DNA of 64,000 nt, taken from Mustelus asterias (Eukaryota). The stretch covers positions 1,302,001 through 1,366,000 of the forward strand of contig NW_027590128.1 in assembly GCF_964213995.1 (NCBI RefSeq), written 5' to 3'. The notes under the pieces were generated by a model. The model did no database searches, was not told the DNA's origin, and was given only the letters and a program-made list of their open reading frames with translations. This document shows, one piece after another, positions 60,421 to 64,000 of the stretch. The first letter of the stretch is position 1, and the number at the start of each line of letters is the position of its first letter. A program made the translations under genes and the position numbers.

Positions 60421-60715
60421 ACCATAATTACCACAATCAGTTCCAGACAGGAAACTTAAACCTGCTGTTTCACTCTCACTCAGGAACAGATCCCAGTTTT
60501 ACACCAATCTCTGATTTGACGGCATGTTTCCAGCATTCACTGTTGTTCTTCCTGACTCTAAACACAGTTGTAAAGGAGCCTCTGTTCCGTGCCGAGGAGC
60601 TCTGAACCATGGAAGAGCAGCTGGGACACATTTCTTACACACCTCAGGTTTAATCCACACATTTAGTCCTCAATGTGATCAACAGCAGCAATACAGAGAA
60701 CTCCAACCTCTGCAC

Positions 60716-62099
60716 TCACTTGTGAATTTGCTGGTGTGTCAGCAGGTTAGAAGATTGAGTGAATCCCTTCCCACACATGGAGCAGGTGAATGGTCTCTCC
60801 ACAGTGTGAGTGCGCTGGTGTTTCAATAGATGAGATGAATAAGTAAATCTCTTCCCACACTCAGAGCAGGCGAATGGCCGCTCTCCGCTGTGAACTCGCC
60901 GGTGTGTCAGCAGTGCGGCTGATCGAGTGAATCCCTTCCCACACTCAGAGCAGGTGAACGGCCTCTCTCCAGTGTGAGTGCGTCGATGTCTCAGCAGATT
61001 ATCACTGTTTTTAAAGCTCTCCTCACAGTCAGGACATTTGAAAGTTCTTGCATCAGAGTGAGTGCGCTGGTGTCTCAGCAGGTTGGATGAATTAATGAAC
61101 CCCTTCCCACACATGGAGCAGGTGAACGGCCTCTCCCCAGTGTGAGTGCGCTGATGTACAGTGAATTCAGATGATTTCCTGAACCCAGTCCCGCAGTGAA
61201 AGCACCTGAATGGCCTCTGGTCAGTGTGAACACGTTGATGGGACATCAGGTCCCCAGAACTTTTATAGCCCTTCCCGCAGTCTGGGCATTTAAAAGGTCT
61301 CAGGTCAGTGTGAACTCGCTGGTGTTGCAGCAGGTTGGATGACTCTCTGAATCCCTTCCCACACATGGAGCAGGTGAATGGCCTCTCCCCAGTGTGAGTG
61401 CGCTGATGGATTTCCAGCTGGGATGGCCAGTCAAGTGGATAGAGCTGTGAAGAAGGCCTATAGTGTGTTAGCTTTTATTAACAGGGGGTTGGAGTTTAAG
61501 AGCCGTGGGGTTATGCTGCAACTGTACAGGACCTCGGTGAGACCACATTTGGAATATTGTGTGCAGTTCTGGTCACCTCACTATAAGAAGGATGTGGAAG
61601 CGCTGGAAAGAGTGCAGAGGAGATTTACCAGGATGCTGCCTGGTTTGGAGGGTAGGTCATATGAGGAAAGGTTGAGGGAGCTAGGGCTGTTCTCTCTGGA
61701 GCGGAGGAGGCTGAGGGGAGACTTAATAGAGGTGTATAAAATGATGAAGGGGATAGATAGAGTGAACGTTCAAAGACTATTTCCTCGGGTGGATGGAGCT
61801 ATTACAAGGGGGCATAACTATAGGGTTCGTGGTGGGAGATACAGGACGGATATCAGAGGTAGGTTCTTCATGCAGAGAGTGGTTGGGGTGTGGAATGGAC
61901 TGCCTGCAGTGATAGTGGAGTCAGACACTTTAGAAACATTTAAGCGGTTATTGGATAGGCACATGGAGCACACCAGGATGATAGGGAGTGGGACAGCTTG
62001 ATCTTGGTTCCAGATAAAGCTCGGCACAACATCGTGGGCCAAAGGGCCTGTTCTGTGCTGTACTGTTCTATGTTCCTCACATTTCCATGGTTTCTCCAT
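60716..62099 (-). pseudogene. C2H2 ZNF-K, originally 9 fingers, finger 1 split by an antisense CR1 insertion
   Basis: MEKPWKCE at 62099-62076; [17 protein letters not shown] resumes at ~61426; downstream ORF 60716-61366 is open. Confidence 0.85.
61424..62075 (+). mobile_element. Relatively young 5'-truncated CR1-type LINE (open ORF2 C-terminus)
   Basis: ORF to 62001 with VRPHLEYCVQFWSPHYKKDVEALERVQRRFTRM; tail CTGTTCTATGTTC. Confidence 0.95.
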
Positions 62100-62734
62100 G
62101 GTGCCAGTATCCTTGTGTCTCTCCAGGTTGATGATCAGTTGACTACACACACTGCACATGTACGGTTCCTCCCTGCTGTGAATGGTGTGATGTTTTTTCA
62201 GGCTGTGTAACTGGTTCAAGCTCTTTTCACAGTCAGTTCACTGGAACGCTGTCACTCGGGTGTGTGTGTCTCGCTGCTTTTCCAGTCACACTGATGTTTG
62301 AAATCTTTTCCCACAGACAGAACAAACAAACATTTCTCCTTCCACATTGATATTCAGGTCCTGATGAATCGAATGACTGTCAGATCTCAATGTGATGTTT
62401 GATTTAAGTTTCCCACCTGTCAATCCTCCCATCCTAATCCCCTGTAAAAGGAGTTTACAGAAGTTATCAGTGTAAATACAGGATAGAAATTCAGAACAGA
62501 CAATTCTAGTTTGGATGGAACATTCTTTCCTTTCTTATTCCCTCCAATCATATGGTCCAAACGAACTGAAAGACAAAAATCAACAACCAAGCATCAACAA
62601 AACCAAAGGGAACCTTCCGAACTGAACCAGAAAGTTCTGACCAGTGTGACTGATCCTTTTATGTGACTCGGGCACTAGGACCCAGTTAAAAACAGAAATC
62701 CTGAATCCCGTCCACTCTCTGTTGTGTGACAATG

Positions 62735-63050
62735 GGCGTCACCAAGACGTCAGCGCATGCGCTCTGCCCTCCGCTGAACTAAGATGGCGGCTGGTAACCG
62801 GGGTCTTCGCCCCAGGAGGACAAACCGGAGCTGCAAACGCGGAACCTGCAGGTCCGTATTCGCGGTTTGAGGCTTTCAGCAGGTATTTAGAAACCCTCCC
62901 CGTTCACCCGCCGACTCCATCGGCCCTGCGCGTTTCCACACCTTCACCGGCTGCGGATCAGACAAAAGGATCCTCTCTCCCCTTCGCCATCACTGACATC
63001 GCGCATGCTCCCGACCATGTTCGGTACTGCGCCTGCGCACTGTTCCCCTA
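62735..63050. promoter_or_regulatory. CpG-rich promoter upstream of ZNF-K (possibly bidirectional)
   Basis: GACGTCA, NRF1-like GCGCATGCGC (~62753), YY1 AAGATGGCGG (~62781). Confidence 0.6.
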
Positions 63051-63067
63051 TGGTGTGGATAGGGGAT

Positions 63068-63645
63068 AAAGAACAAAGAACAGCACAGCACAAGAACAGG
63101 CCCTTCAGCCCACAAGCCTGCGCCCATCACGTTGTCCTATCTAAACCAACCGCTTATATCCCTCTATACACCGTCTGTTCATGTTTCTATCCAGATAAGT
63201 TTTAAATGTTGCTAATGTATCTGCCTCGACCACCTCACTTGGCAGTGCATTCCAGGCCCCACCACCCACTGTGTAAAAAAAACGTCCCCCCCCGTGTCTC
63301 CACTGAACTTTTCCCCCCCTTACTTTGAATTGTGCCCCCTTGTGATTGTCATTTCTGTCCAGGAAGAAAGCTTCCAACTGTTACCTTACCTACGCCCCTC
63401 ATAATTTTATAAACTTCTATCAGGTTGCCCCATGGCCTCCATCTTTCCAGTTTATTCAATCTTTCCTCATAGCTAATACCCTCCATACCATGCAACATCC
63501 TGGTAAACATTTTCTGTACTCCCTCCAAAGCCACCACGTCCTTCTGGTAGAATGCCGACCAGAATTGGACACAGTATTCCAAATGTGACCTAACCAATAT
63601 TTTATATGACTGTAACATAATTTGCCAACTTTTATACTCAACATT
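63068..63645 (-). mobile_element. CR1-type LINE 3' fragment
   Basis: YKILVRSHLEYCVQFWS motif; (TGTTCTT)n tail. Confidence 0.9.
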
Positions 63646-63732
63646 CACCACCGTGGGGGATGTTGGTTAAAATCACCACCTTTGAAAGTCCCAAATAGTT
63701 AAGTCACTGTTTTTGCTTTGATGTGAACATTA

Positions 63733-64000
63733 AGGTGGCACGGTGGTTAGCACTGCTGCCTCACAGCGCCAGGGACACCGGATTCGATTCCCAGCCTTGT
63801 GGAGTCTGTGTGGAGTTTGCACGTTCTCTTCGTATCTGCGTGAGTTCCCTCTGGGTGCTCTGGTTTCCTCCCACAGTCCGAAAGACGTGCTGGTTAGGTA
63901 CATTGGCCATGCTGAATTCTCCCTCAGTGAACCCGAACAGGCGCCGGAGTGTGGCGACTATGGGGTTTTCACAGTAACTTCATTGCAATGTGAATGTAAG
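63733..64000 (+). mobile_element. HE1/V-SINE with alternative tail (runs off window)
   Basis: Head, V-domain, then CCGGAGTGTGGCGACTA..TTCACAGTAACTTCATTGCA tail as at 605-690. Confidence 0.85.

Overview
Vertebrate genomic DNA, almost certainly from a cartilaginous fish (shark/ray), judging by HE1/V-SINE-type and Deu-domain SINEs, CR1-type LINEs and Penelope-like elements. The window is a dense, mixed-orientation cluster of KRAB-less C2H2 zinc-finger (ZNF) genes: about 11 finger arrays (5 apparently intact, 1 cut by the window edge, 5 disrupted or questionable) plus 2-3 remnants. They are embedded in retroelement debris (CR1, Tx1, Rex1/Babar, Penelope with hammerhead ribozyme motifs, tRNA-derived SINEs). 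The paralogs share one architecture: CpG-rich promoter (NRF1/YY1/CCAAT/GC-box motifs), short upstream exons, a conserved splice acceptor, a leader of about 3 degenerate fingers interrupted by the same two stop codons in almost every copy, the MEKPWKC-initiated array, and a conserved post-stop block that reads as a cryptic peptide (LQGLDSAVIAAVNHIQD). Most notable: the family-wide conserved TGA stops flanking the arrays, a perfect 107-bp inverted repeat around a bidirectional promoter, a near-identical promoter cassette on two otherwise divergent genes, a fold-back hammerhead-bearing repeat family, and a ~220-bp duplication flanking a LINE. ZNF labels A-K are my own. Boundaries were read by eye and repeat-family names come from recognition, not database search.
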